Assembly: GCA_031269995.1 (NCBI GenBank)
Contig: JAISYI010000013.1
Coordinates: forward strand, 179 to 64,178
Length of the DNA stretch: 64,000 bases
Reading direction: 5' to 3'
Source: Holosporaceae bacterium
GTDB taxonomy: Bacteria; Pseudomonadota; Alphaproteobacteria; UBA3830
The notes beneath the pieces were generated by a model that saw nothing but the letters and a program-made list of their open reading frames with translations, was not told the origin of the DNA and ran no database searches. Both the position numbers and the translations under genes were made by a program. Shown one piece after another: positions 30,497 through 39,134 of this stretch; the stretch's first letter is position 1; every line of letters begins with the position of its first letter.

Positions 30497-31009
30497 ATGA
30501 AGGATGTAACTGTTTGCGTGAGTAAATATTATATAATTAGCGGTGGGTTTGATCCGATTCATGAAGGGCATGTTGAGAACATAAAGGAAAGTTGGGCAAG
30601 ATCGGACGGGGTTATCGTATTGCTTAATTCTGACGAGTGGCTACGTCGGAAAAGAGGCTGTAATTTCATGAATTTTTATACAAGAAGCACAGTAATTGGC
30701 TGTATGAAAGGTGTGATTGACGTAATATCATTTGATGATTCTGATGGATCGGCATGTGATGGTCTGCGATGTGTGCGCTCTAAGTATCCCCGTGATACGC
30801 TTGTGTTCGCCAAAGGAGGAGATAGAACTGCTGATAATATTCCAGAAATCTCAGTATGTAAGGAGCTTGGCATAGAGACAAGATACGATATTGGATTCGC
30901 AATCTCAGGAAAACGGAAACCAAATTCATCCTCATGGATACTGGACAAATATGTTAGCAATTTTATTGGCAAGAGAACGAAAAAAGCCGACAATGACACT
31001 TCATCCTAA
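30497..31009 (+). CDS. Cytidylyltransferase-family nucleotidyltransferase (RfaE domain II/TagD-like)
   Basis: The HxGH motif in ISGGFDPIHEGHVENI, length about 170 aa, and a sugar-nucleotide gene neighbourhood. Confidence 0.6.
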   Translation: MKDVTVCVSKYYIISGGFDPIHEGHVENIKESWARSDGVIVLLNSDEWLRRKRGCNFMNFYTRSTVIGCMKGVIDVISFDDSDGSACDGLRCVRSKYPRDTLVFAKGGDRTADNIPEISVCKELGIETRYDIGFAISGKRKPNSSSWILDKYVSNFIGKRTKKADNDTSS

Positions 31010-32216
31010 TAGGAAAATTAAAATTCTTTTTGATGGGCAACAACTTGCGAAGGCATTTATGCAGCAGCAGACGGGGATTTTCAGAGTGAGCGACGAAGTG
31101 TTTAGGCGCCTTTGCCGTCGGAGCGATGTGGAAATCTATTTCCTCATGACGCAAAACAAGGGAGAGCCAGAAAGATATTTAGCAAGCATAGGTCACCCGG
31201 AAGTGCCGGTTGTATGGATGCCTAAGCTTTTGAGAACAACGAAATATCATAATATCTTCCACAAAGTGGATGGCGGCTTGCTACGTCTTGTGATGCCATT
31301 TTTCTATGGAGATAAATTGCGAAAATTTGACGTGTATTTTTCTCCATATCCACCAATCTCGCCCGTCGTATACAGATGTGGAATCAAGACGGTTTGTATA
31401 TGTCATGATGTGATTCCGTTTCAATTTCCGCACTTTTGTGCCGTATATGGGAATGGGCCGGCATTCAAAGATTACGTAAAAAAAATGGCCGCTGATTTTG
31501 TGTTTTTTGTTTCGCAATCTGTGCGGCGTGATTTTCTAACCTATAGGATGGATTTCCCGTACGAAAAAACAGCTGTTATATATCCAGGGGCAGATGGCAT
31601 AGATGTAAGGACTGGCATCAGCAATACGGAAAAACTTGCAGTCAGAAAAAAGTATAAAATTCCTATGGAACGTTATATATTAGTACTTTCCGAGGGGAAT
31701 CCTCGTAAGAATTTTATTCACATAATAAGAAGTTTTCTAAAATATCTCAGAGATTTTGAGGACGATAAAGTAAGTTTAGTTGTGGGGGGAAGAAAGCTAC
31801 CAAAATATGACTATGTCAAAATTGTTAGTGACCTTCTAGAACAGTATAGTGATAGAATAGTAATCACAGGACATATTGCGAACGAGGATCTCCATGCTAT
31901 ATATGAGGGAGCTTCATTGTTTTTATATCCAAGCCTCTACGAAGGCTTTGGCTTGCCTCTGCTTGAGGCAATGATGCACGGAGTTCCTGTGATAACTGCA
32001 AACAACTCTTCGCTTCTAGAGGTGTGCAAAGATGCAGCTGTCTGTGTATCCGGATTCGATATTGCAGAAACTGCGAACGCTATAAATCGGATTCTTTCAG
32101 ACGACATCTATGCCGATCAACTGCGACAAAAGGGATTCAGAAGGGTCAAGATATTTTCTTTCGATACTATGGTAAGTGAGATGATGGAAAAGGTATATAC
32201 TGTAATCCATAACTAA
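30993..32216 (+). CDS. Family 1 (GT4-type) glycosyltransferase
   Basis: C-terminal EX7E region LFLYPSLYEGFGLPLLEAMMHGVPVITAN. The start was trimmed to the ATG at 30993, overlapping the previous gene end. Confidence 0.8.
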   Translation: MTLHPNRKIKILFDGQQLAKAFMQQQTGIFRVSDEVFRRLCRRSDVEIYFLMTQNKGEPERYLASIGHPEVPVVWMPKLLRTTKYHNIFHKVDGGLLRLVMPFFYGDKLRKFDVYFSPYPPISPVVYRCGIKTVCICHDVIPFQFPHFCAVYGNGPAFKDYVKKMAADFVFFVSQSVRRDFLTYRMDFPYEKTAVIYPGADGIDVRTGISNTEKLAVRKKYKIPMERYILVLSEGNPRKNFIHIIRSFLKYLRDFEDDKVSLVVGGRKLPKYDYVKIVSDLLEQYSDRIVITGHIANEDLHAIYEGASLFLYPSLYEGFGLPLLEAMMHGVPVITANNSSLLEVCKDAAVCVSGFDIAETANAINRILSDDIYADQLRQKGFRRVKIFSFDTMVSEMMEKVYTVIHN

Positions 32217-32308
32217 GGGCAATCCGTGAATTTTTTCCACAACCAATGTATGCTCTCGGAGTAAAACCTGATACGCTTCCAGTAGTGTAGTTATTTATTG
32301 GTATTGCC

Positions 32309-33580
32309 ATGCATGATATAAGACGAATAAGGGAAAATCCAAGCTCTTTTGATTGTGCTATGGGAAGCAGAGGAGTTGCTCCGGTTGCCTCGGTTATTCT
32401 AGATATGGATGCCAGAAGAAGGGAAGTTGTCTCTAATCTACAATTGATGCAGTCCAGGAGGAATGAAATTGCGTCTTTGGTCGCTGTGGCCAAGCAAAAT
32501 TGCGGAGATATGACGGAGCTGGAACGAGAAGCAGCTGATTTAAAGCGGATGACTCCTCTGCTAGAAAAGAAAGCAGAGACGCTGACGAGTCAGTTGAAGG
32601 ACTTTTTGTCCGCAATTCCTAACGTTCCTCGACCAGATGTTCCGCTGGGAGCGAATGAGATGGCAAATGTGTGCCAACGGATTATTGGTGAGGTTCCACA
32701 GTTCGATTTTTCTCCTAAACCGCATTACGAGATTGGAGAGACGTTGGGAATGATCGATTTTGCCAGTGCTGTTAAGATTTCCGGTAGTAGATTTACGATT
32801 TTAAGGCAACAGATTGCCAGATTGGAGCGGGCTCTCAAGAATTTTATGTTGGATACTCATACCAACGAGTTTGGGTATGAGGAAGTATGTGTTCCATTTC
32901 TGGTAAACAGGGAGTGTATGTACGGAACGGGGCAACTGCCAAAGTTCGCAGAAGACTCTTTCTCGACGATGGACGGGAGATGGCTTATTCCGACCTCGGA
33001 GGTTCCTCTTACGAATCTTGTTCGTGATATGATAATAGCAGTTTCTAGACTGCCGATGAGAATGACAGCCTATTCTGCCTGTTTTCGCTCGGAGGCAGGT
33101 GCTGCTGGACGAGATACCCGCGGTATGATCCGCAATCATCAATTTTCTAAAGTAGAATTGGTCAGCGTTGTGCATCCATCCAATGGCGAGGAGGAATTAG
33201 AGCGCATGACCCATGCTGCCGAAGCTATTCTTCAGAGATTGGAACTTCCCTACAGAGTTATGCTGCTTTCCAGTGGAGACATGGGTTTTTCGGCGGAAAA
33301 GACCTATGATTTAGAGGTGTGGATACCTAGCGAAAATAAATACAGAGAAATTTCTAGCTGTTCACTGTGTGGACAGTTCCAGGCGCGCAGAATGGGGGCG
33401 CGCTATAAGGACGATTCAGAGAAGGGATTTGTGTCGACTCTGAATGGATCCGGACTCGCCATCGGGCGAACTATAGTGGCAATTCTGGAGAACTATCAGC
33501 TTGTTAATGGAAAAGTAATGGTTCCTGAGGTATTGGTACCATACATGGATGGATTGAGGGAGCTTGGGGAGAGTGGTTAG
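32309..33580 (+). CDS. serS: Seryl-tRNA synthetase
   Basis: N-terminal coiled-coil arm (MHDIRRIRENP...) and class II motifs (FRSEAGAAGRDTRGMIRNHQF, GSGLAIGRT). Confidence 0.93.
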   Translation: MHDIRRIRENPSSFDCAMGSRGVAPVASVILDMDARRREVVSNLQLMQSRRNEIASLVAVAKQNCGDMTELEREAADLKRMTPLLEKKAETLTSQLKDFLSAIPNVPRPDVPLGANEMANVCQRIIGEVPQFDFSPKPHYEIGETLGMIDFASAVKISGSRFTILRQQIARLERALKNFMLDTHTNEFGYEEVCVPFLVNRECMYGTGQLPKFAEDSFSTMDGRWLIPTSEVPLTNLVRDMIIAVSRLPMRMTAYSACFRSEAGAAGRDTRGMIRNHQFSKVELVSVVHPSNGEEELERMTHAAEAILQRLELPYRVMLLSSGDMGFSAEKTYDLEVWIPSENKYREISSCSLCGQFQARRMGARYKDDSEKGFVSTLNGSGLAIGRTIVAILENYQLVNGKVMVPEVLVPYMDGLRELGESG

Positions 33581-34361
33581 TAAGCAAGCACTATCGGGAT
33601 TGAGGATTTTGATCGTCAATGACGATAGTATTCATTCTCATGGGATAAAAGCCCTTGAACGTATCGCAAATTCCATCACTCCAGATGTGTGGGTGGTTGC
33701 TCCAGAGGTTGGACAGAGTGGAAAAAGTTTTTCAATAACCTTTGACTCAATTTTGCGAATCAACGAGATTTCTCCGCGAAAATTTTCCACATCTGGGACC
33801 CCGGCGGACTGTGTTTTTGTTGCTCTAAAACAAATTTTGATTGATAAAAAACCAGATTTAATTTTATCTGGAATAAATCATGGCGCGAATGTTGCAGATT
33901 TTATAAGTGTATCTGGAACCGTAGGCGCCGCTCTCGCTGCGGCTTCTCAGGGGATAAAATCCATAGCTGTTAGTCAGCATTTTACAAAGGAGTCTCCGAT
34001 AAAATTTCCTTTGGCTGACCATTTTTTGCCAAGTATTATAAGGAAATTAATGTCGATCAACTGGCCAGAGCGAGTATGCATGAATGTCAATTTCCCGGAG
34101 GCTTCATTTGGAGAAGTAAAAGGAATTAGGGTCGCAAAACAGGGGCAATTGGACGTTACCTGGAATGTCTATCAGAGGGAGGATCCTGTAGAACATCGTT
34201 ATTATTGGATACATGCTAACTATGAGTATCAGAATGAGGAGGGTACGGACGTATTGCTTGTGGAAAAGGAAAATTATGTTACCATAACACCGCTGCGATA
34301 CCGGTGCGAGTTTGAGGAATATCTTGGCAAATTGGAGGAATTATTTGCGTCGAATTCATAA
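33564..34361 (+). CDS. surE: 5'/3'-nucleotidase SurE
   Basis: LRILIVNDDSIHSHGIKAL, SGINHGANV and GTVGAA motifs. The exact start is uncertain (GTG at 33564 or a downstream TTG). Confidence 0.88.
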   Translation: MGRVVSKQALSGLRILIVNDDSIHSHGIKALERIANSITPDVWVVAPEVGQSGKSFSITFDSILRINEISPRKFSTSGTPADCVFVALKQILIDKKPDLILSGINHGANVADFISVSGTVGAALAAASQGIKSIAVSQHFTKESPIKFPLADHFLPSIIRKLMSINWPERVCMNVNFPEASFGEVKGIRVAKQGQLDVTWNVYQREDPVEHRYYWIHANYEYQNEEGTDVLLVEKENYVTITPLRYRCEFEEYLGKLEELFASNS

Positions 34362-35238
34362 GATATGTGCATATGTTAGTGTAGCAAGCCTGTTGTTAGT
34401 TGGGTGTGAAAGGGATCGGCTAGCTCCTGTCGACATAAAGGTTGACGAAGATATGGGGTACACGGCCATCGGAGACATTGCGCTTGAAGCTACGCATGTT
34501 GTGAGCAATGGAGAAACTTTGTTCGATGTGGCAAATATCTATAATATTGATCCAATGAATCTTGCAAAAATAAACCATATAGAGCGGCCTTTTGATGTGC
34601 ATGATGGGCAGGTTTTGAGGCTACCTACGGAGAATTTTCCGGCCCGCGTCGATAAAAATTTCTCGGAAAAATCCAAAGAAGAAGAGGCGAGTGAACGTAA
34701 AAAAAAACAGTTGGACGACGGATTTGAAGCGCTGATGGCGACAAAGGGGGCGGCTGCTACAGTCCCGCCAGCGAGTGGAGCAGCTGCAGATCTTTCTAAA
34801 CCGAAGGTGACACACACTGCCGTTGGCAGGCCAATTGCTACACCGCCTACAGCTGCTTCTCCAGCGACGGTAAAAATGATCCTACCAGTTAAAGGTAGGG
34901 TAATATCTAAATTTGGTGACACGAAGGATGGCATATTTAATGATGGCATAGATATAAAAGCCCCGCTCGGTACGCCAGTTAATGCAGCTGCCAATGGCGA
35001 GGTGATTTATGTTGGAAACAAGTTGGAAGAGTTTGGCAACACAGTTATAATTCAGCATGATGATGATGTAATTACATCCTATGCTCATCTGAAAGATATA
35101 AAAGTGAAGGCTCGTCAGAAAGTGACCTCCAAAGACGTTATCGCATCGGTGGGTCAGAGCGGCGCTGTAAAAGAACCTATGTTGCATTTCGAAGTAATGA
35201 AGAATAAAAATCCGGTGGATCCTAGTAAATATTTTTGA
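34312..35238 (+). CDS. NlpD-like lipoprotein (LysM plus M23/LytM domain)
   Basis: Lipobox LLLVGC, LysM (HVVSNGETLFDVANIYNIDPMNLAKINH), an Ala/Pro-rich linker, and an M23 domain (GIDIKAPLGTPVNAAANGEVIYVG, VIIQHDDDVITSYAHL). Follows surE as in many proteobacteria. Confidence 0.8.
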   Translation: MRNILANWRNYLRRIHKICAYVSVASLLLVGCERDRLAPVDIKVDEDMGYTAIGDIALEATHVVSNGETLFDVANIYNIDPMNLAKINHIERPFDVHDGQVLRLPTENFPARVDKNFSEKSKEEEASERKKKQLDDGFEALMATKGAAATVPPASGAAADLSKPKVTHTAVGRPIATPPTAASPATVKMILPVKGRVISKFGDTKDGIFNDGIDIKAPLGTPVNAAANGEVIYVGNKLEEFGNTVIIQHDDDVITSYAHLKDIKVKARQKVTSKDVIASVGQSGAVKEPMLHFEVMKNKNPVDPSKYF

Positions 35239-35261
35239 AGTAAAGTGTGGAGGCAGTGGTA

Positions 35262-35792
35262 ATGGCAAAGCAGATGACAACACAGTTGAACGCTGGGACA
35301 TCTGTTTCTCAGCAACAGCAGCAGGTAAGTGTGGTTGGATCTTTGACTCCGGTGGTTTTGCTAGTTTTGGTGTTCTATTTCATAATTATGAGGCCACAGC
35401 AAAAACGAGAAGCGAAACGCCGAGATCTTATCAACTCTGTGAAACGAGGGGATCGGGTATTGATGTCTAGTGGCATTATCGGAACCGTGCACAAGGTTAT
35501 TGGCGATAAGGAAATTTCTCTGGAGATCTCGGAAAACGTTCGTGTGCGTATGATGCGGGCGACGATTACCGAATTGTTGGACCATGGATCCGCTCATGAA
35601 GCAGCGCAAGAATCGATCGGCAGCAACGTCGATGTAAAGGATGAGAGGATTTCTGTAGAGGAAGAAGGTGGCAAAAAGATGAGTGGAGAGATGCATGTGT
35701 CTGTTGCTGAGACTAAAGTAGCAGTATCGGCGAAGGATGCCATTCGTCCTGTTTTGCTTAATAGAAAACGCGGTAGAACCCCGAAGGGATAA
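35262..35792 (+). CDS. yajC: Preprotein translocase subunit YajC with long C-terminal extension
   Basis: VLLVLVFYFIIMRPQQKREAKRRDLINSVKRGDRVLMSSGIIGTV is canonical YajC. Lies upstream of secDF. Confidence 0.85.
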   Translation: MAKQMTTQLNAGTSVSQQQQQVSVVGSLTPVVLLVLVFYFIIMRPQQKREAKRRDLINSVKRGDRVLMSSGIIGTVHKVIGDKEISLEISENVRVRMMRATITELLDHGSAHEAAQESIGSNVDVKDERISVEEEGGKKMSGEMHVSVAETKVAVSAKDAIRPVLLNRKRGRTPKG

Positions 35793-35807
35793 CGCTGGAG
35801 AGCAACT

Positions 35808-37382
35808 ATGAATTTTCCCAAATGGAAAAAAATATTAATTGCGTGTGTGTGTGCGTTCGGTGTGATATTTTCTCTCTCAAATATCCTTCCTCAGAGTGTT
35901 TTGAGTAAATTTCCCGATTGGTGGCCGAAGCAAAAAGTCTGTCTTGGACTGGATCTACGGGGTGGAGCTCACCTTTTGCTGGAGGTGGATTTGGAAAGCG
36001 TAAAAAATGATTATCTAAATCAAACTTTAGATGCCGCTCGTGCCGCTCTCCGGAAGGAAGCAATTCCCTATACTGCGGATTTCCCGAAATCAATAACTAA
36101 GGATAAAACCGAAGTAGCTTTTGATTTGAAAGATATGTCGAAAGTAGGAAGAGCGAAAGCTGTGCTTTCGTCGATTGATCCGGAGATCATTGTCGATATC
36201 ATTGGAAATCATGTTACAATGAGGCCCACAGAAAACGCGATTCAAAGACGTAAGTTTGATGCTGTTTCTCGTTCCATAGAGATTGTTCGTAAAAGGGTGG
36301 ACGAGACCGGTACTAGGGAAGCTAATATTCAGAAACAGGGTGATGATCGTATTTTGCTGCAGATCCCTGGATTGCAGGATTCTTCACATGTAAAGCAGTT
36401 GCTAGGAAGAACTGCGAAGATGACGTTTCGACTGGTGGATGAAAGCGCGCCAGAGATCACGGATAAAAAAGGAGCCGTTCCACCGATAGGAAGCGTATAT
36501 TTAGAATCGATAGAAAACGGAAAATATATTGCCGTGAAAAAGCAAATACTGGTGGGGGGGGAGACGCTGATAAGCGCAGGTCTTGGCCACGATGAGTATA
36601 ATCGTCCAGAGGTGACTTTTCAGTTCAATAGAGTCGGAGCGAAAAAAATCGGAGATGCCACGAAGGAGAATGTAGGTAAACGCTTTGCAATTGTTCTCGA
36701 CAATGAAATAATCAGTGCCCCTGTCATTAAAACGCCGATTACAGGAGGCCATGGGTGCATAACGGGAGAGTTTTCAGTGGAGCGTGCCAAGGATCTGGCG
36801 TTGCTGATGCGTGCCGGGGCGTTACCTGCTCCGTTGACAGTCATTGAAGAGAAAACCGTCGGTCCGGATCTTGGCTTAGATTCTATTCGCTCGGGAATTT
36901 TTGCGACGATTCTCTCTGGGCTGTTTGTCCTTGTGTTTATGCTAATGTGGTATTCGTCGTTTGGGATGATCGCGAATATTGCGGTTCTTGTAAATCTTCT
37001 GCTGCTAATCGCTGGGCTATCCTGTTTGCAGGCAACTCTAACTTTGCCAGGGATTGCTGGGATTGCACTAACCATGGGAATGGCCGTTGACGCAAATGTT
37101 CTCATTAATGAGAGAATTAAGGAATACGTAAGGAAAGGGGAGAAATGGATAAAAGCGGTGGAGATAGGTTACGGACTATCTTTGCCCGCTATCATTGATA
37201 CAAACTTAAATACGATTATTGGTATGGCCTGCCTGTATCAATTCGGCACTGGACCGGTGAAAGGTTTCGCGGTAACGACAATTTTGGGAACTATGATATC
37301 ATTTTTCACCTCGACGACTTTGACCCGGTATATTGTTTCCGTGTGTATGAGACGAAAGTATCCAATCACTATTCCGATGTGA
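35808..37382 (+). CDS. secD: Protein translocase subunit SecD
   Basis: LGLDLRGGAHLLLEVD, periplasmic domain, and C-terminal 6-TM block (TLPGIAGIALTMGMAVDANVLINERI). Confidence 0.93.
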   Translation: MNFPKWKKILIACVCAFGVIFSLSNILPQSVLSKFPDWWPKQKVCLGLDLRGGAHLLLEVDLESVKNDYLNQTLDAARAALRKEAIPYTADFPKSITKDKTEVAFDLKDMSKVGRAKAVLSSIDPEIIVDIIGNHVTMRPTENAIQRRKFDAVSRSIEIVRKRVDETGTREANIQKQGDDRILLQIPGLQDSSHVKQLLGRTAKMTFRLVDESAPEITDKKGAVPPIGSVYLESIENGKYIAVKKQILVGGETLISAGLGHDEYNRPEVTFQFNRVGAKKIGDATKENVGKRFAIVLDNEIISAPVIKTPITGGHGCITGEFSVERAKDLALLMRAGALPAPLTVIEEKTVGPDLGLDSIRSGIFATILSGLFVLVFMLMWYSSFGMIANIAVLVNLLLLIAGLSCLQATLTLPGIAGIALTMGMAVDANVLINERIKEYVRKGEKWIKAVEIGYGLSLPAIIDTNLNTIIGMACLYQFGTGPVKGFAVTTILGTMISFFTSTTLTRYIVSVCMRRKYPITIPM

Positions 37383-37397
37383 GAAAGGACGTTAGGT

Positions 37398-38327
37398 ATG
37401 AAAGTATATAAACTGATTCCTCATGATACGAAGATAGATTTCGTTGGCAATCGTCGGTACACCTATGTATTCTCAATTGTCGTGACTCTTGTTAGTTTAT
37501 TGGCGTTTTTTTTCCATGGTTTGAACTTCGGTATAGATTTCCGCGGTGGATTTCTGATGGAGGTTCGTATGCAGCAAGAGATGGATCTGGGAGCGCTGAG
37601 AGAAAAACTAACGAAGCTAAACATTGGGGAGGTGTATCTCCAAGAATTCGGATCTAAAAAAGATGTGCTGGTGAGAATCCCTAGTTCCCGCGATGGTCAA
37701 AACGAACAGAGTGTGCCTTTGGAAAAAGTAAAGGCCGCACTTGGCGATAATATGGAGTACAGAAAAGTTGAAAAAATTGGACCTAAGGTCGGGCAGGAGC
37801 TGATACATGATGCAATGCTGGCTGTGATCATCTCATTGCTTATCATTCTTCTCTACATTTGGATTCGATTCGAATGGCAATTTGCCGTATGTGCGGTAAC
37901 AACCCTTGCTCACGACTGCATTGTGCTGATGGGACTGTATGCTACGTGTCATTACTTTGAGTTTAATGTAAATGCCATTGTCGCATTATTGATGACTGCA
38001 TGTTACTCGGTTCACGATACAGTGGTAGTATTCGATCGAATCCGGGAGGATATGCTGTCCTATCGAGACCTTTCAATTGCTGAATTGCTGAACAAAGCTA
38101 TAAATGAAACTCTGTCGAGGACTGTGCTAACGTCGCTTACCACTGTGCTGTCCTTGCTGGCATTATGTTTTTTTGGCGGCAAGGTTATCTTTGATTTCTG
38201 CTTTCCGATATTGTTTGGGTTGATGTTTGGAACATTTTCTTCCATTGGTCTCGCGGCTCCGTTGCTACTATTGACCGGTATAAGGGTGGATGGGAAAGAT
38301 CTGGAAATTGGGCTTGGTCGCATCTGA
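37398..38327 (+). CDS. secF: Protein translocase subunit SecF
   Basis: GIDFRGGFLMEV, then a TM block with HDTVVVFDRIRE. Confidence 0.93.
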   Translation: MKVYKLIPHDTKIDFVGNRRYTYVFSIVVTLVSLLAFFFHGLNFGIDFRGGFLMEVRMQQEMDLGALREKLTKLNIGEVYLQEFGSKKDVLVRIPSSRDGQNEQSVPLEKVKAALGDNMEYRKVEKIGPKVGQELIHDAMLAVIISLLIILLYIWIRFEWQFAVCAVTTLAHDCIVLMGLYATCHYFEFNVNAIVALLMTACYSVHDTVVVFDRIREDMLSYRDLSIAELLNKAINETLSRTVLTSLTTVLSLLALCFFGGKVIFDFCFPILFGLMFGTFSSIGLAAPLLLLTGIRVDGKDLEIGLGRI

Positions 38328-38988
38328 TCGTATTTGGAAAAATAGAAAAATAATTATTGCAGTGGACGGTCCGTCCAGCAGTGGAAAGGGAACAATAGCG
38401 AAGCTTTTGGCTAATCAACTGGGTTATGCCTACCTGGACACTGGTCTTCTCTATCGGATAGCTGCCTATCGCAAAATACACGGAGGGAATACTGAAGTTC
38501 TGGACGGGTTATTAGTAGATGATTTTATGACGAGCTTAGATATCAAGGAAGCGGAGATAGAGCTGAGATCCGACGTCATAGGCCAGGCGGCGTCGGAAAT
38601 GGCGAAATCAGCTAGGGTTAGGGAAATTTTAACAAAAATGCAGAGGAAATTTGCAAGAAATCCCGGAGCCGATCATAGTGGGGTGGTACTGGACGGGAGA
38701 GACATCGGTACGGTGGTAATTCCGGATGCGGACGTGAAGCTTTTTATCACGGCAGATCTGGAAACACGGACCCGGCGGCGATTTCAAACGCTAAAACAAA
38801 CAAATCCTGGAATATCCTTTGAGCAAATCCATCGAAGCCTGGCAGAGCGAGATAAACAGGATCGATCTCGCGAAATTGCTCCATTAACGATTGCTGATGA
38901 CTACGTCATAATAGACACATCAAAGGATTCCATTGAGGAATCGCTGCGCAAAGCAATCGATATCATCTTGGATAAGCAACTTGGGTAG
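38290..38988 (+). CDS. cmk: Cytidylate kinase
   Basis: P-loop IIIAVDGPSSSGKGTIAKLLA, LDTGLLYR and GRDIGTVV. The start is uncertain: GTG 38290 or TTG 38308/38314 overlap the secF end. Confidence 0.88.
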   Translation: MGKIWKLGLVASDRIWKNRKIIIAVDGPSSSGKGTIAKLLANQLGYAYLDTGLLYRIAAYRKIHGGNTEVLDGLLVDDFMTSLDIKEAEIELRSDVIGQAASEMAKSARVREILTKMQRKFARNPGADHSGVVLDGRDIGTVVIPDADVKLFITADLETRTRRRFQTLKQTNPGISFEQIHRSLAERDKQDRSREIAPLTIADDYVIIDTSKDSIEESLRKAIDIILDKQLG

Positions 38989-39134
38989 CCGAGATCTCCC
39001 AATTCAAAGACAATAAAGGCACGAGAGAATGCTAAAACGAGAGAAGAGAGCCATCTTCTTCCGAAAAAAGTCTCCTCCCCTTCCTTGTTTGTCACGTCTT
39101 CCATCCAGTTGCGCCTTGGATGTTTCTCAATCAG

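Noticed and set aside
34539-35301. Minus-strand ORFs of 151 and 139 aa over the nlpD-like gene
   Set aside because: They lie antisense to the Ala/Pro-rich linker and M23 domain of the NlpD-like gene. No independent support.
38989-39134. Possible bidirectional terminator between convergent cmk and the 1733-aa gene (AGAAGA-N6-TCTTCT hairpin)
   Set aside because: The stem is only 6 bp and AT-rich, with a weak, interrupted T-run. This is not convincing without energy calculations.
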